Assembly (NCBI GenBank): GCA_903841185.1
Contig: CAIMIV010000059.1
Location: 32,442 to 96,441 of the forward strand
DNA: 64,000 nucleotides
Source: an uncultured bacterium
GTDB taxonomy: Bacteria; Patescibacteriota; Minisyncoccia; Moranbacterales; UBA2206
Reading direction: 5' to 3'
Below the pieces are notes generated by a model. It worked only from the letters and a program-made list of their open reading frames with translations. It was not told the DNA's origin and searched no databases. How positions within the stretch are numbered: position 1 is the stretch's first letter; the number at the start of each line of letters is the position of its first letter. A program made the translations under genes and the position numbers. Of the stretch, positions 47,734 through 57,356 are shown in pieces.

Positions 47734-48570
47734 TTAGAATCTTGGATAGGAACCCAGGTTCCTAAAAAATGCCGTCTTGTTTTCGGCTATTACCGCCAAA
47801 GCCTCTTTGACATTTCCGTCACGATGGTGCCCTTCGATATCCACCCAAAAGATATAATCATTGAGTTTATTCTTGGATGGACGGGACTCTATTTTTACCA
47901 TGTTAATATCCAGTGCATCGAAAACATTCAACACCTTCAGAAGAGCCCCCGGGTGATCCAGTATGGAAAAGATGATAGAAGTTTTATACTTCTTACTCTG
48001 ATTTCTCCTGCTTTCTGACCGTCCCAGAATGATAAAGTGCGTAGCGTTATCCGACACGTCCTGTATATTTTTTTCCAGGATCATCCGGCCATAAAGCTTT
48101 GCTCCGAAAGCAGAGCCTACGGCTACAGCCCCTTCGCTCATTTTTTCCAGATCTCTGATAGCGACTGCGCTACTACCCACATACTCAATAGAAGCATTTG
48201 GCATATTTGTCGCTATCCATCCCGTGCACTGACCAATAGCTTCACCGATAGAAACTACTTTAGTAACTTGATCCAAGGGCATTATCCGTGTGGCAATTAG
48301 GTTCAAGTTGATTTTTAAAACCATCTCCCCTCTGATTTTTAGTTGTCCACCGGTAGCAATAATTGCGTCGATACATTGACCGACTCCGCCAAAAAGCAGA
48401 TTCTCTACCGGCAATATCACTTCTTCAACATCCCCCGCTGCTAATCTATCAACTAGCATCTTAAACGATGTCATGCCAACCAGACTAACACCCTTGCCAC
48501 CCCACTCAGCCGCTGCTTCATGACTAAATGTTCCTTCAGGACCTAAATAGCCTAACCTTTTCATTTTCAT
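47734..48570 (-). CDS. pheA: Prephenate dehydratase (PDT plus ACT domains).
   Basis: 278 aa. LGPEGTFSHEAA .. ESRP motif, and a C-terminal ACT domain (..SIIFSILDHPGALLKVLNVF..IESRPS..). Confidence 0.85.
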   Translation of the reverse strand: MKMKRLGYLGPEGTFSHEAAAEWGGKGVSLVGMTSFKMLVDRLAAGDVEEVILPVENLLFGGVGQCIDAIIATGGQLKIRGEMVLKINLNLIATRIMPLDQVTKVVSIGEAIGQCTGWIATNMPNASIEYVGSSAVAIRDLEKMSEGAVAVGSAFGAKLYGRMILEKNIQDVSDNATHFIILGRSESRRNQSKKYKTSIIFSILDHPGALLKVLNVFDALDINMVKIESRPSKNKLNDYIFWVDIEGHHRDGNVKEALAVIAENKTAFFRNLGSYPRF

Positions 48571-48956
48571 TGTTTTCTCCTTTGTCTAATTTTTAAAAAA
48601 CTAAGAGTCTGTTTATGATCTCTCTTTCGTCGCGAGAGATTTAAATTTCGAGCGAAAATTGTGAAAAATGAGGAGGAATATCTGGATATTTCGACGAGTT
48701 TTGTCCGCCAGCTGGCGGAGCAGCCGGAATTTCAATTTCGCAGCAGAATACGGAGATTATGAACAGGCTCTAGACCAACAAAAAACCGATCAGGAGATCG
48801 GCTCGTTTCTCATCACTATTTAGCTTAGTAGCTAAAAACCAGCCGACATCCATAATCGATTAAAGAAGAAGAAACTATTTTGGCTAGTGATTTTATTCAT
48901 ACCCACATCTTAGCAAGAATATATTTATTGTCAAGTTCAAAATCCTTCGAGAGAAT

Positions 48957-49028
48957 ATGCTGGAAAATTGGGATAGGATTGAGATTAGATTGGAGCGTGC
49001 GATGGCTTTGATACAATATATTTGCTAG
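48957..49028 (+). repeat. C-element copy 1, which is also a 24-codon ORF MLENWDRIEIRLERAMALIQYIC.
   Basis: Core aaaattgggataggattgag-att-agattggagcgtgcgatggc.. shared with 49682-49741, 61015-61075 and 62108-62170. Confidence 0.55.
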
Positions 49029-49147
49029 ATTCCATAAACATTGACACTAATTAATTCACCTGCTATAAATAAAATCAATACGTCACAAAAAACCCCGGCT
49101 CTTTTCTAATCAACTGTCACAATCAACATTCAGCGAGGAGGCATCAC

Positions 49148-49552
49148 ATGATTTCAACAGCTCATATCACAATTGGTCCAAATCTGGCATTATTTACCGG
49201 TAACAGCGTTAACTCGGGAAAATTCGAAGATCGACATCCAGCGTTTTATGAGGCTATTTCTCTACCAAGTCAATTGCAGGTATTTGGTGTATTTCCTGAA
49301 TATACGGCGAAGAGATGGCCAGAAAAATCATCTTTAATTCCGTCATTTTTAAGCACTCCGCTTAAAAACGGGAAAACAATGCATGATCTGCTGGCGATAC
49401 ACGACAACACAATGGACTCGATTATCGATCTTGGCACCTCCGATATAGAGGTGACTATCCGAATACACGACAAAACAAGCACCTTGCTTTGTTCAATCCG
49501 GATTGCTATCAGTCTTTACGATGCAAGTATTAAGACAATCCAGGAAATTTAA
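49148..49552 (+). CDS. Hypothetical protein.
   Basis: 134 aa. Strong SD GAGGAGG 7 nt upstream. Flanked by C-element copies 1 and 2 and followed by a terminator. Confidence 0.5.
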   Translation: MISTAHITIGPNLALFTGNSVNSGKFEDRHPAFYEAISLPSQLQVFGVFPEYTAKRWPEKSSLIPSFLSTPLKNGKTMHDLLAIHDNTMDSIIDLGTSDIEVTIRIHDKTSTLLCSIRIAISLYDASIKTIQEI

Positions 49553-49583
49553 CTGCATTGATCAAATCAATGCCACATAAAAT

Positions 49584-49615
49584 CCCGGGGAGTATACACT
49601 CTTCGGGATTTTTTA
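49584..49615 (+). terminator. Rho-independent terminator.
   Basis: cccggggagt-atac-actcttcggg (10 bp including two G-U pairs) followed by TTTTTT. Confidence 0.6.
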
Positions 49616-49639
49616 TATACAACCTCACTATCCGCCTCC

Positions 49640-49741
49640 GGATGGGATGCGACTAGGCCTGCCCGCCGACGAAGTGGGAATAATTGGGACAGCATTGAGA
49701 TGAGATTGGAGCGTGCAAACGCATCATTGAGACAAGCTTAG
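49640..49741 (+). repeat. C-element copy 2.
   Basis: ..tccgcctccggatgggat..actagg...aattgggacagcattgagatgagattggagcgtgcaaacgca...tag. The conserved frame reads ..NNWDSIEMRLERANASLRQA*. Confidence 0.55.
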
Positions 49742-49857
49742 AGATTTAGCGCTTATCCCTTGAATAATAAGTATTGGAAGAAGGATGAATCCAATAACAA
49801 TTCCGAAGGATACGTACCCCACAATACTGCTCGCTATAAACATACTACGTTAATATT

Positions 49858-52800
49858 TCAAAAACGTTCTTTCTCATCGATAAATGTCATATACAGCGTT
49901 GGGATTATAAAGAGTGTGAAGAATGATGAAATAGAAAGTCCAAAAATTACGGCTGACCCAAGTGCCGTCCATGTGGCATTGGAAAGTGTGATTGGGATGA
50001 TGCCCGCTATGGTCACAATTGAAGTGATAAAGATTGCCTCCAGTCTGGATTTCCCGGCATCAATAATCGCATCATGGAAAGGAATCCCCGTTTTTATATT
50101 GAGATTGATTTTATCAATCAAAATGATGGCATTTTTAACTACAATTCCGAAGAGTGCCAGAATTCCAATGAGACCGGGAAAGCTCAAGGAAACTCCCAAA
50201 AGTGCCATACCGATAAACACGCCGATGAGAGCCAATGGGAGTGTTACTAGCACTATGATGGCTTTTCTGAATGAATTGAACTGAATAACGAGAGTTGAAA
50301 CGATCAAGACCACCGCAATCGCCATCGCGCGAATAATTGAAAGCACGGACTCGGTATTCTGCTGGCTTTCACCTCCATAACTTATGACATATCCTTCTGG
50401 CAACGAATAATCTTTGGCCAGCTTATCTTGGAATGCTTTAACTATTTGCGTGGAATTTGTGCTACTGCTAGCGTCAGCCGTAAGCAAGACTGTTCTTTTT
50501 TGGTCAATGCGCGAAATAGAATCAATGGATGGCGTGAGATTAACAACCGCTACATCTTTAATGAATACGGGTAGCTTTTTGGCGTTTAGGATTTGCAAAT
50601 TCTGAATTGTTTCCAAAGTAGGAATTTTATCCTTACCAAATCTTGCCAACACATCGATATCCTTATTATCGCGAATTACTGTCGTCACTGTCGTGCCTGA
50701 AATGGCATTGCGCAGAGCTGACCCAACTACCGTGGCATTCAAATCATACAGCTCCATCTTGGCTGGATCAAGTGCAAAGGTATATTCCGCCGGAGCATCT
50801 TTGATGGATATATCTGAATTGATGGTGCCAGGAATGGAATCCAGCATAGGTTTAAGATCGTTGGCAATTTTATCTAAGGTTTGCAAATTCTCTCCACTTA
50901 TTTGAGCTTGAAAAGCACTGCCTGATGGCGGTCCGCCACTTGGACTAGAAACTGTAATTTTTGTATCTTGAATATCAGAAAGATTGGCACGAATTTTTTG
51001 GGCAATATCGTACGCTTTAATGTTGCGGTTTTCCTGCGGAGTGAGCTTGATTGTAATTGAAGAAGTGTTTGATGTGTTTGTTCCTCCTCCACTCATACTG
51101 CTGCCATTTGATCCGGGACTGCCTACTATTGTAGAAAAATTAACAATATCAGGAGTGGATAATAATCTTTTTTCCACTTCTTGGGTTATCCGATCGGTTT
51201 GTTCGAGATTGAGTCCGGCCGGTCCGCGCATACTGATGTATAGGACATCACCATCTGATACTGGAAAAAATTCTGATTTCACTATGCCGGTAATCGGCAA
51301 TGCTATTGCAAATAGAAACAGCGCCAGCGTTAAGAGCAACGTCGTGATTCTGCGCTTGCGCGAGCCGGTTGCCATTCTTAGATATTTTTCATAAGTAGGC
51401 AGGACACGATCAAAATGAATAACGCCATGAATTAATCTACCAGCCAAAGTGGCATTTTCGCGGTCACCTTGAGAAAGCAATTTTTGTTTTATGAGATCGT
51501 CACTGCCCCATTCTTTTTCCATTAGTATGAAGTTAGCTTCCAGAGTTTCTTTTCCACCCTTAAAATACCAGGAGATCATCCAAACAATAATTCCAAATGA
51601 AAGTGTCGCAAACCCGTAGCCAAGAACCGAATGTTGCATAGCAAGTGCCAGACCTGATCCTAATATTGATATCAAGATGAGCCAAAAGAATTTTTTTGTC
51701 AGCCTTATTCTTTCCAGAACTGCCGCTAACGGATGATTGATCATGAGCGCAATCAAAAGCGAGGCTATCAATGTCACCGAAACGGTGATTGGGATTGATT
51801 TGATAAATTGTCCAATCATGCCAGAAGCCATAAGCAGTGGCAGGAATGCCCACACTGTTGCCAGCGTGGTGGAAACAAGCACCACTTTGAAATCATGCAG
51901 CACTAAAAGCACCGCTTCTTCGGGTGTGTATTTGCCAGTCTTCATATATTGCTTAGTGGCGCTAACAACCACAATGGCATCATCCACCAAAAGTCCCAAA
52001 GAAAGCAAAAGGGCAAAAATGGACAAGAAATTAAGGGATGTTCCGGTTGCTTGCATCACTCCGAAAGTCACAAAGAAAACCAGGGGAATGGCGATGCCGG
52101 CCACAAATGCTTCCTTCAAGCCCACTATGAGAAATAAAATTCCCACCACTAAAATCAAGGTTAACAAAAAGTCATGCGTAAGTTGATCAAAATCCTTTCT
52201 GATTCTATCTGCTTGATTGACCGTGTCATCAAGACTGATTCCGGAAGGAAAAGTTTTCAGCATTGCCTGAATAGTAACGTGGGCGCTGTCAACGGTATTG
52301 ATGATTGAGCCACCGGTTCTTTTGACAACTTGCAGAGTAATCGCATTTTGTGGAGCTTTTCCGCTTTGAGAAAAGCGCGAATATACTGTTTTTTCAATGG
52401 CCTTTTCTTGGACATTGGCAATGTCTTTGAGAAATACGATGGCGCCTTGTGCAGTGTGCAGAATCGGAATATCTCCCAGACTCTTGGCATCATAAAATCG
52501 GCCGTCAGAGCGAACCGGATAATTAAACTCCGCACCTTCAAAATTGCCCGCAGGAATGGCGCGATTCGTGGCTGCAATCACCTGATTGGATTGCTCAGCG
52601 GTAATATTATAGAGAGCTAGTTTTTGTGGGTCGTATGCCACTTCGAATTCACTTTGATCTCCGCCAGAAATATTCACTTCGCGAATCCCAGGATTTTTCT
52701 CCAATTCGCTTTGAATTTTTTCGGCATAAGTTCGCAGAGTGAACCCATCGTATGGACCAATAAGCGCAAAGGTCACAATTGGAGTGTCGTCCAATGAAAT

Positions 52801-53271
52801 TTCTTTAACCTGCGGATCTGTTGCATCAGCCGGAAGGTCTTTTTTTATAGTGGGAAGCTTGTCGCGCAATTTTCGCACCGAATCATCAACATTCTGATTG
52901 GCATCAAATTCAACTACTACCGTTGCGAATGAATTGGAAGAAGTGGAAGTGATTTTTTTGATCCCACTTATGCCTGAAATATCCGTTTCAATTTTTTTCG
53001 TCACCAGCTCTTCCATATCCGAAGGAGCTGCGCCGGGATAGCCCGCGCTGATAATGGCTGTAGCTATTTTTACTTCCGGATTTGATTCTCGTGGCAGTTG
53101 CGTAAAAGAATATATTCCCCAGCCAGATATCAAAATAATCAGCAAAATAACCACTCGAAAATTTGTGACAAAAAAATTAAGCCAAGTTTTTCTCTTGTCA
53201 GGTGTGAATTCCAGCTTATCCAGATAAGCACTGTCTGTTGATTGAGAATTATTGTTTTCGAAATTTTTCAT
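49858..53271 (-). CDS. RND-family efflux transporter (AcrB/HAE-like, 12 TM with two large loops).
   Basis: 1137 aa. The internally duplicated 6-TM plus large-loop architecture typical of RND pumps. Confidence 0.85.
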   Translation of the reverse strand: MKNFENNNSQSTDSAYLDKLEFTPDKRKTWLNFFVTNFRVVILLIILISGWGIYSFTQLPRESNPEVKIATAIISAGYPGAAPSDMEELVTKKIETDISGISGIKKITSTSSNSFATVVVEFDANQNVDDSVRKLRDKLPTIKKDLPADATDPQVKEISLDDTPIVTFALIGPYDGFTLRTYAEKIQSELEKNPGIREVNISGGDQSEFEVAYDPQKLALYNITAEQSNQVIAATNRAIPAGNFEGAEFNYPVRSDGRFYDAKSLGDIPILHTAQGAIVFLKDIANVQEKAIEKTVYSRFSQSGKAPQNAITLQVVKRTGGSIINTVDSAHVTIQAMLKTFPSGISLDDTVNQADRIRKDFDQLTHDFLLTLILVVGILFLIVGLKEAFVAGIAIPLVFFVTFGVMQATGTSLNFLSIFALLLSLGLLVDDAIVVVSATKQYMKTGKYTPEEAVLLVLHDFKVVLVSTTLATVWAFLPLLMASGMIGQFIKSIPITVSVTLIASLLIALMINHPLAAVLERIRLTKKFFWLILISILGSGLALAMQHSVLGYGFATLSFGIIVWMISWYFKGGKETLEANFILMEKEWGSDDLIKQKLLSQGDRENATLAGRLIHGVIHFDRVLPTYEKYLRMATGSRKRRITTLLLTLALFLFAIALPITGIVKSEFFPVSDGDVLYISMRGPAGLNLEQTDRITQEVEKRLLSTPDIVNFSTIVGSPGSNGSSMSGGGTNTSNTSSITIKLTPQENRNIKAYDIAQKIRANLSDIQDTKITVSSPSGGPPSGSAFQAQISGENLQTLDKIANDLKPMLDSIPGTINSDISIKDAPAEYTFALDPAKMELYDLNATVVGSALRNAISGTTVTTVIRDNKDIDVLARFGKDKIPTLETIQNLQILNAKKLPVFIKDVAVVNLTPSIDSISRIDQKRTVLLTADASSSTNSTQIVKAFQDKLAKDYSLPEGYVISYGGESQQNTESVLSIIRAMAIAVVLIVSTLVIQFNSFRKAIIVLVTLPLALIGVFIGMALLGVSLSFPGLIGILALFGIVVKNAIILIDKINLNIKTGIPFHDAIIDAGKSRLEAIFITSIVTIAGIIPITLSNATWTALGSAVIFGLSISSFFTLFIIPTLYMTFIDEKERF

Positions 53272-53329
53272 AAAGATCTTTGATTTATACGCGATTGAGT
53301 TATTGAAAAGAAAATATAAACAATGTTAA

Positions 53330-54433
53330 TTAATTTTGCAAGGCGATAGCCGCTCCATCACGCACAAGTTTGCTGCCGTCAGTGATGATTAAAGTTTCTG
53401 GTGAAATCTGGGAAGATATTTCTGCAGTTTCCCCATTCACACTAACAATAGTTACTGGGATTTTTTTTGCAACATTGTTGTCAGCTGCAAAAATATAACT
53501 TTCATTTTGACCAACACTGATTGCAGACAATGGTAAAATCAAGTCCATGCCAATTTTCGGCTTAATACTCGTTTCAATCGAAACGGTCGTGATTGTTCCT
53601 CCAAGCAATGCCAGGTTTTGTTTTTTTGGATAAGCTTCGATTAAAAAACGTTTCGTTGTCGGTTCTGCCGAGATGGCAATGTTTTGAATCGTCAAAGGTG
53701 ATGAATTTCCGTCGCCGTCAATTGCAAAAATTTCTTGTCCGCGAGTCAAAGCAGCTCGCTGATCTTGATCGACATAAAATTGAATCTTAACGTTAGTTGT
53801 TTTGCTGACAGTTGCAATCAATTGTCCCATAGCAACCGAATCGCCAACGGAAACTGCCTTGTTGGTTATGATTCCTGAAATTGGACTGGTTATCGAATGA
53901 TTATCAATTGACCCATTGAGTCCCAGTGTGGCATTTTCATATTGCAATTTTGCGATGTCTCTTTGAGTTTTTGCGCTATCTTTTTGTGCGCTTGTTGCAC
54001 TGCTATCTTTTTTCAAATTATTATAATTATCCTTTGCCAGATTATAGGATTTTTTTGCCTGCTCAACTGAAATTTGCGCTTGTTGAACCTGCAAACTTCG
54101 TAGTCCATTATCTCCAATGTCCAATGTGCCGGTATCATCTATTTTAGCCAGCAATGATCCCGCTCCAATCGCGCTGCCTATGTTACGTGGAGCCACCATA
54201 ATAGTGCCTGCGGACTTTGCGGTAATTTTGACTTCTTGATCGCCAACCACGCTGGCGGGAAATTGATTTTTTTCTACAAGGGTTTTGCTGTCCGCAGCAA
54301 GCTTTGCAGACACTTTGATTGGCTGACTCGGCACATCTTGGACTGCCACTGGTTTTTTATTAGGAAAGCGCACCGCCACGATAAAAAGCACAACAACGAC
54401 AACTACAGCTGCGATAATTTTTTTCTTATTCAT
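53330..54433 (-). CDS. Efflux RND periplasmic adaptor (membrane fusion protein).
   Basis: 367 aa. N-terminal TM anchor, coiled coil, a lipoyl-like motif ITSPISGIIT, and a beta-barrel region. Confidence 0.75.
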   Translation of the reverse strand: MNKKKIIAAVVVVVVLFIVAVRFPNKKPVAVQDVPSQPIKVSAKLAADSKTLVEKNQFPASVVGDQEVKITAKSAGTIMVAPRNIGSAIGAGSLLAKIDDTGTLDIGDNGLRSLQVQQAQISVEQAKKSYNLAKDNYNNLKKDSSATSAQKDSAKTQRDIAKLQYENATLGLNGSIDNHSITSPISGIITNKAVSVGDSVAMGQLIATVSKTTNVKIQFYVDQDQRAALTRGQEIFAIDGDGNSSPLTIQNIAISAEPTTKRFLIEAYPKKQNLALLGGTITTVSIETSIKPKIGMDLILPLSAISVGQNESYIFAADNNVAKKIPVTIVSVNGETAEISSQISPETLIITDGSKLVRDGAAIALQN

Positions 54434-54442
54434 AGAATTTCT

Positions 54443-54913
54443 TTAAATTTTAAATATCTTTTCCAATTCACTTTCTTCACTATCGAGAATAGCACTCAGC
54501 TTCTTGAAAAAGGCTTTATGCTGAGCAAGCTCTTTTTCAGTGAACTTTTTTTCAAAGGAAATTTTCGCTTTCTTGAATCTCTTTTCCAAATCAGCAATTT
54601 TTTCTTTACCAGCTGGCGTAAGCCTAATGGATATCTTGCGCTTATCCTTACTGTCACTCGCATAAGTCTTAGTCAGATATCCTTCTTTCTCCAAAAAGCT
54701 CAAGCGTTGGCTCATATTCGATTTTGTAGCCCCCGTCATTTCAATCAACGCACTGGCTGTCATGGAACTATTTTCTTGCAGCAGCTTGAGAATTTTTACG
54801 CTAATAGCGGAAAGGTTCATCGGCTGAAAAACATATTTATTGACGATTGATTCAAATCTATGCGCCAAACAAACAATCGGCTCAACCGGTGAGGACGAAT
54901 CATTTATCTTCAT
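54443..54913 (-). CDS. MarR-family transcriptional regulator. The start is trimmed to MKINDSS.
   Basis: Winged HTH ..LIEMTGATKSNMSQRLSFLEKEGYLTK.. It is co-directional with and directly upstream of the adaptor-pump pair. Confidence 0.75.
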   Translation of the reverse strand: MKINDSSSPVEPIVCLAHRFESIVNKYVFQPMNLSAISVKILKLLQENSSMTASALIEMTGATKSNMSQRLSFLEKEGYLTKTYASDSKDKRKISIRLTPAGKEKIADLEKRFKKAKISFEKKFTEKELAQHKAFFKKLSAILDSEESELEKIFKI

Positions 54914-55017
54914 AGGAGAAACTATTAAAAGGTTAATGTATGAATAGTTTATCAATGAACTATTCTTTTGTCAAGCCACAAAAATAAAACAGCCTCCCAC
55001 AAAGATTATGCTTATCG

Positions 55018-55221
55018 CTATTTATTTTGAAGTATCGAAAACAATTCCGGGTCAGCCAGTCCATCAAGCTTGAAAAGACTGATGCCATTGAAATGATATT
55101 TTTTGGCAAGCTCAATTTTTTGCCTGACCGCTTCCGCATCGGAAAAAGTAATAATGTTTTCTCCTTTAGAAGATTTGTAGTTAAAAGAAAGTTCTCCTCC
55201 ATTGTCTCGCTCCTGCGACAA
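55018..55221 (-). pseudogene. Possible remnant of a GH18-like glycosyl hydrolase C-terminus.
   Basis: The 67-aa ORF ends ..KYHFNGISLFKLDGLADPEL, which resembles the GH18 C-terminal ..DGIsiWeLgqD. segment. No upstream domain is present. A second overlapping 102-aa ORF in another frame looks spurious. Confidence 0.2.
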
Positions 55222-55294
55222 CGATTATAAACACAACGACGAGTGAACATTTTTTTAACATATATCATAGCGCAAGATATCGCGCAAAGATTAT

Positions 55295-56182
55295 TTATTT
55301 TTTGCCGTGTTCAATACCAATTTTCCAAACACCTTTTTCCCTAAAGGCCGGAATGTTTTGCCTGCGTGCGGCATTAAGAATAGCGGGCGCTGACTTAGTT
55401 TGTTGCTTCACATATTCAGACAATTTTATAATTGTTTCACCTTTCAAATATGCGATTCTTTTGTGCAGTGATTCCATCAGCGCAAGGACGAGAACCTTTT
55501 CCATAAGTTTAGTGCTTTGGCTATGCCGATAGTCAGGAAAGGCTTGATAATATTTTTGTTTTTCTTTGTCGCGAATTATAATCATCGGGAAGCCGGCTCG
55601 CAACAATTGATAGTTCATCAGCACACGCCCAATCCGACCATTGCCATCACAAAATGGATGAATAGTTTCGAAATCCAAATGAAACTTAGTAATCTTGTCT
55701 CCGAAATATTTCTCTACATCACCTTTGTATTCATCAAGGGTTGTATTAATCATCGACTCAACTTTTTCTGGCGCTGGAGCAATATGTGTTCCGACTCTGA
55801 CATATTCACCAGGCTTTCTGAACCGCCCAGCAAATTCATCATTGATTCCGCCAATAAGCATCTGGTGCAAAAGCAAAATTAATTCTTTATCGATTTCTTT
55901 TTCTTTGGATTTATCTCGGATATAGTTTATCACTCTGAACAAATTTTTCGCTTCAAAAACTTCTCGCACACTCACGTCACGCGAAACCTCCATTTCCAAA
56001 AGAATCTTTTCTGTTTCCTTGAGCGTCAGCGTGGAGTTCTCAATTGCATTGGAGTTATAGACACTTTCCGGAATTTCCGCCTCATCAATCAAAACCAACA
56101 ACGACTCTTTGCTCTTGCGCAATTTATCATATTCATTTTTTAAGGCCTGGATGCGCTTTTTAATAGGCTTTGTTATCGGCAT
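55295..56182 (-). CDS. Fic/Fido-domain protein (class II, auto-inhibited AMPylator type).
   Basis: 295 aa. Fic motif HPFCDGNGRIGR. N-terminal inhibitory helix motif SNAIEN, matching (S/T)xxxE(G/N). Confidence 0.85.
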   Translation of the reverse strand: MPITKPIKKRIQALKNEYDKLRKSKESLLVLIDEAEIPESVYNSNAIENSTLTLKETEKILLEMEVSRDVSVREVFEAKNLFRVINYIRDKSKEKEIDKELILLLHQMLIGGINDEFAGRFRKPGEYVRVGTHIAPAPEKVESMINTTLDEYKGDVEKYFGDKITKFHLDFETIHPFCDGNGRIGRVLMNYQLLRAGFPMIIIRDKEKQKYYQAFPDYRHSQSTKLMEKVLVLALMESLHKRIAYLKGETIIKLSEYVKQQTKSAPAILNAARRQNIPAFREKGVWKIGIEHGKK

Positions 56183-56403
56183 AAAATATTTTTTAGTGAA
56201 TTTATACTATAATTGTATATTATTCACGCTTCTTTGTCAATATTTAGTGAATTTATAGCTATTCATGCCAATATTAACACCTTTTTAGCAGTATAACCGT
56301 GAAAATATAGCTTTTTTCCTACCTTTTCACGGTTTTGGTTTAATTAAATCAGGACTGGACAGACCAACATCAACGCTGTGACGCCGAAACAGAGAATCAA
56401 TTA

Positions 56404-56441
56404 TAAAAAAACAGCTCGAAACTATATAAGCTTCGAGCTGT
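56404..56441 (-). terminator. Rho-independent terminator after the HAD gene.
   Basis: Minus strand: acagctcgaa-gcttatatagt-ttcgagctgt followed by TTTTTTT. Confidence 0.6.
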
Positions 56442-56460
56442 CATGGTATAAATGTGCATT

Positions 56461-57084
56461 TCAAAGAGAAAGAAGATCTTCAGGAGAGTGAAAAACAAAA
56501 TCCGGCTCGAGTTCGGCCAGATGAATTCCGATTCGCCTGATTCCCCAATCGACTGCACCAGTTTGAATTCCAGCATTCTTTCCGGCTATGATGTCAGGTT
56601 CCGCGTCACCGATGATCAGCGTTTCTTGACGACTCGCTTGATGCAATCCCATTAGATAATGGATTCCTTCCGGATGCGGTTTTATCTTTCGCACATCATC
56701 TGATCCGACAAATGTCGCAACATAGGGTACACAGCAAGCCAGGGACAATCTGACGCTCTTTGATGTACTGGAAGACAATACTGTCAACGTATGCCGGGTT
56801 GCCAATTCACGAAAAACACTTTCCACCCATGGAAAAGTTTGAATCAGCGGATCGTGTATCTCATGGAAAATACGAGTTACCTCAGGATAATGTTTTTTGT
56901 TTAATCCGATGTTGCGCATGTTAGCATGCCAATCATAATCAAACCATTGATGGAAACTTTTCATATCAGTGAAAAGCTTGTTTGGATTACGGCCAGCAAA
57001 TCTGCATATAGCCTGATAGGATAAGAAAATTCCTTGCCAAGAAAATGAACGCAACACACCATCGCAATCAAAAATTATCAACAT
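56461..57084 (-). CDS. HAD-IA family hydrolase. The start is trimmed to MLIIFDCDGVL, with a strong GGGAGGAGGG SD.
   Basis: Motif I DCDGVL, motif II SSSTS, and motif IV IGDAEPDIIAGKNAG. Confidence 0.75.
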   Translation of the reverse strand: MLIIFDCDGVLRSFSWQGIFLSYQAICRFAGRNPNKLFTDMKSFHQWFDYDWHANMRNIGLNKKHYPEVTRIFHEIHDPLIQTFPWVESVFRELATRHTLTVLSSSTSKSVRLSLACCVPYVATFVGSDDVRKIKPHPEGIHYLMGLHQASRQETLIIGDAEPDIIAGKNAGIQTGAVDWGIRRIGIHLAELEPDFVFHSPEDLLSL

Positions 57085-57356
57085 GACTTGTTTCCCTCCT
57101 CCCGGGTGTTTTTTAAATTTTGGTTTAGCTATATTAAGAACAATTATAAACGCATGGTCACTACAATCTATCAATAAGCCAGATTAGCATCTTTCCTAGC
57201 GCATGTCAAAACCAGTCCTGAGTCTTATTTTTATTTTTTACACAGGGTCGTGCCTGCCTGCTCGCCGTCCTAAAGCTCTGCGAAGCGGGTCGGTAGGCGG
57301 GTTAGAACTATTTTTATGAAAAATAATAAATATATTCCCATTTCCAATCTAAAATA

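Noticed and set aside
50414-52620. Plus-strand and short minus-strand ORFs inside the RND transporter.
   Set aside because: They are antisense or internal to a 1137-aa RND pump with continuous TM and loop architecture.
54960-55268. A 102-aa minus-strand ORF between marR and fic.
   Set aside because: It overlaps the 67-aa GH18-like fragment in another frame. It is K/R/C-rich low complexity with no RBS and is likely spurious. The 67-aa frame is retained only as a possible pseudogene.
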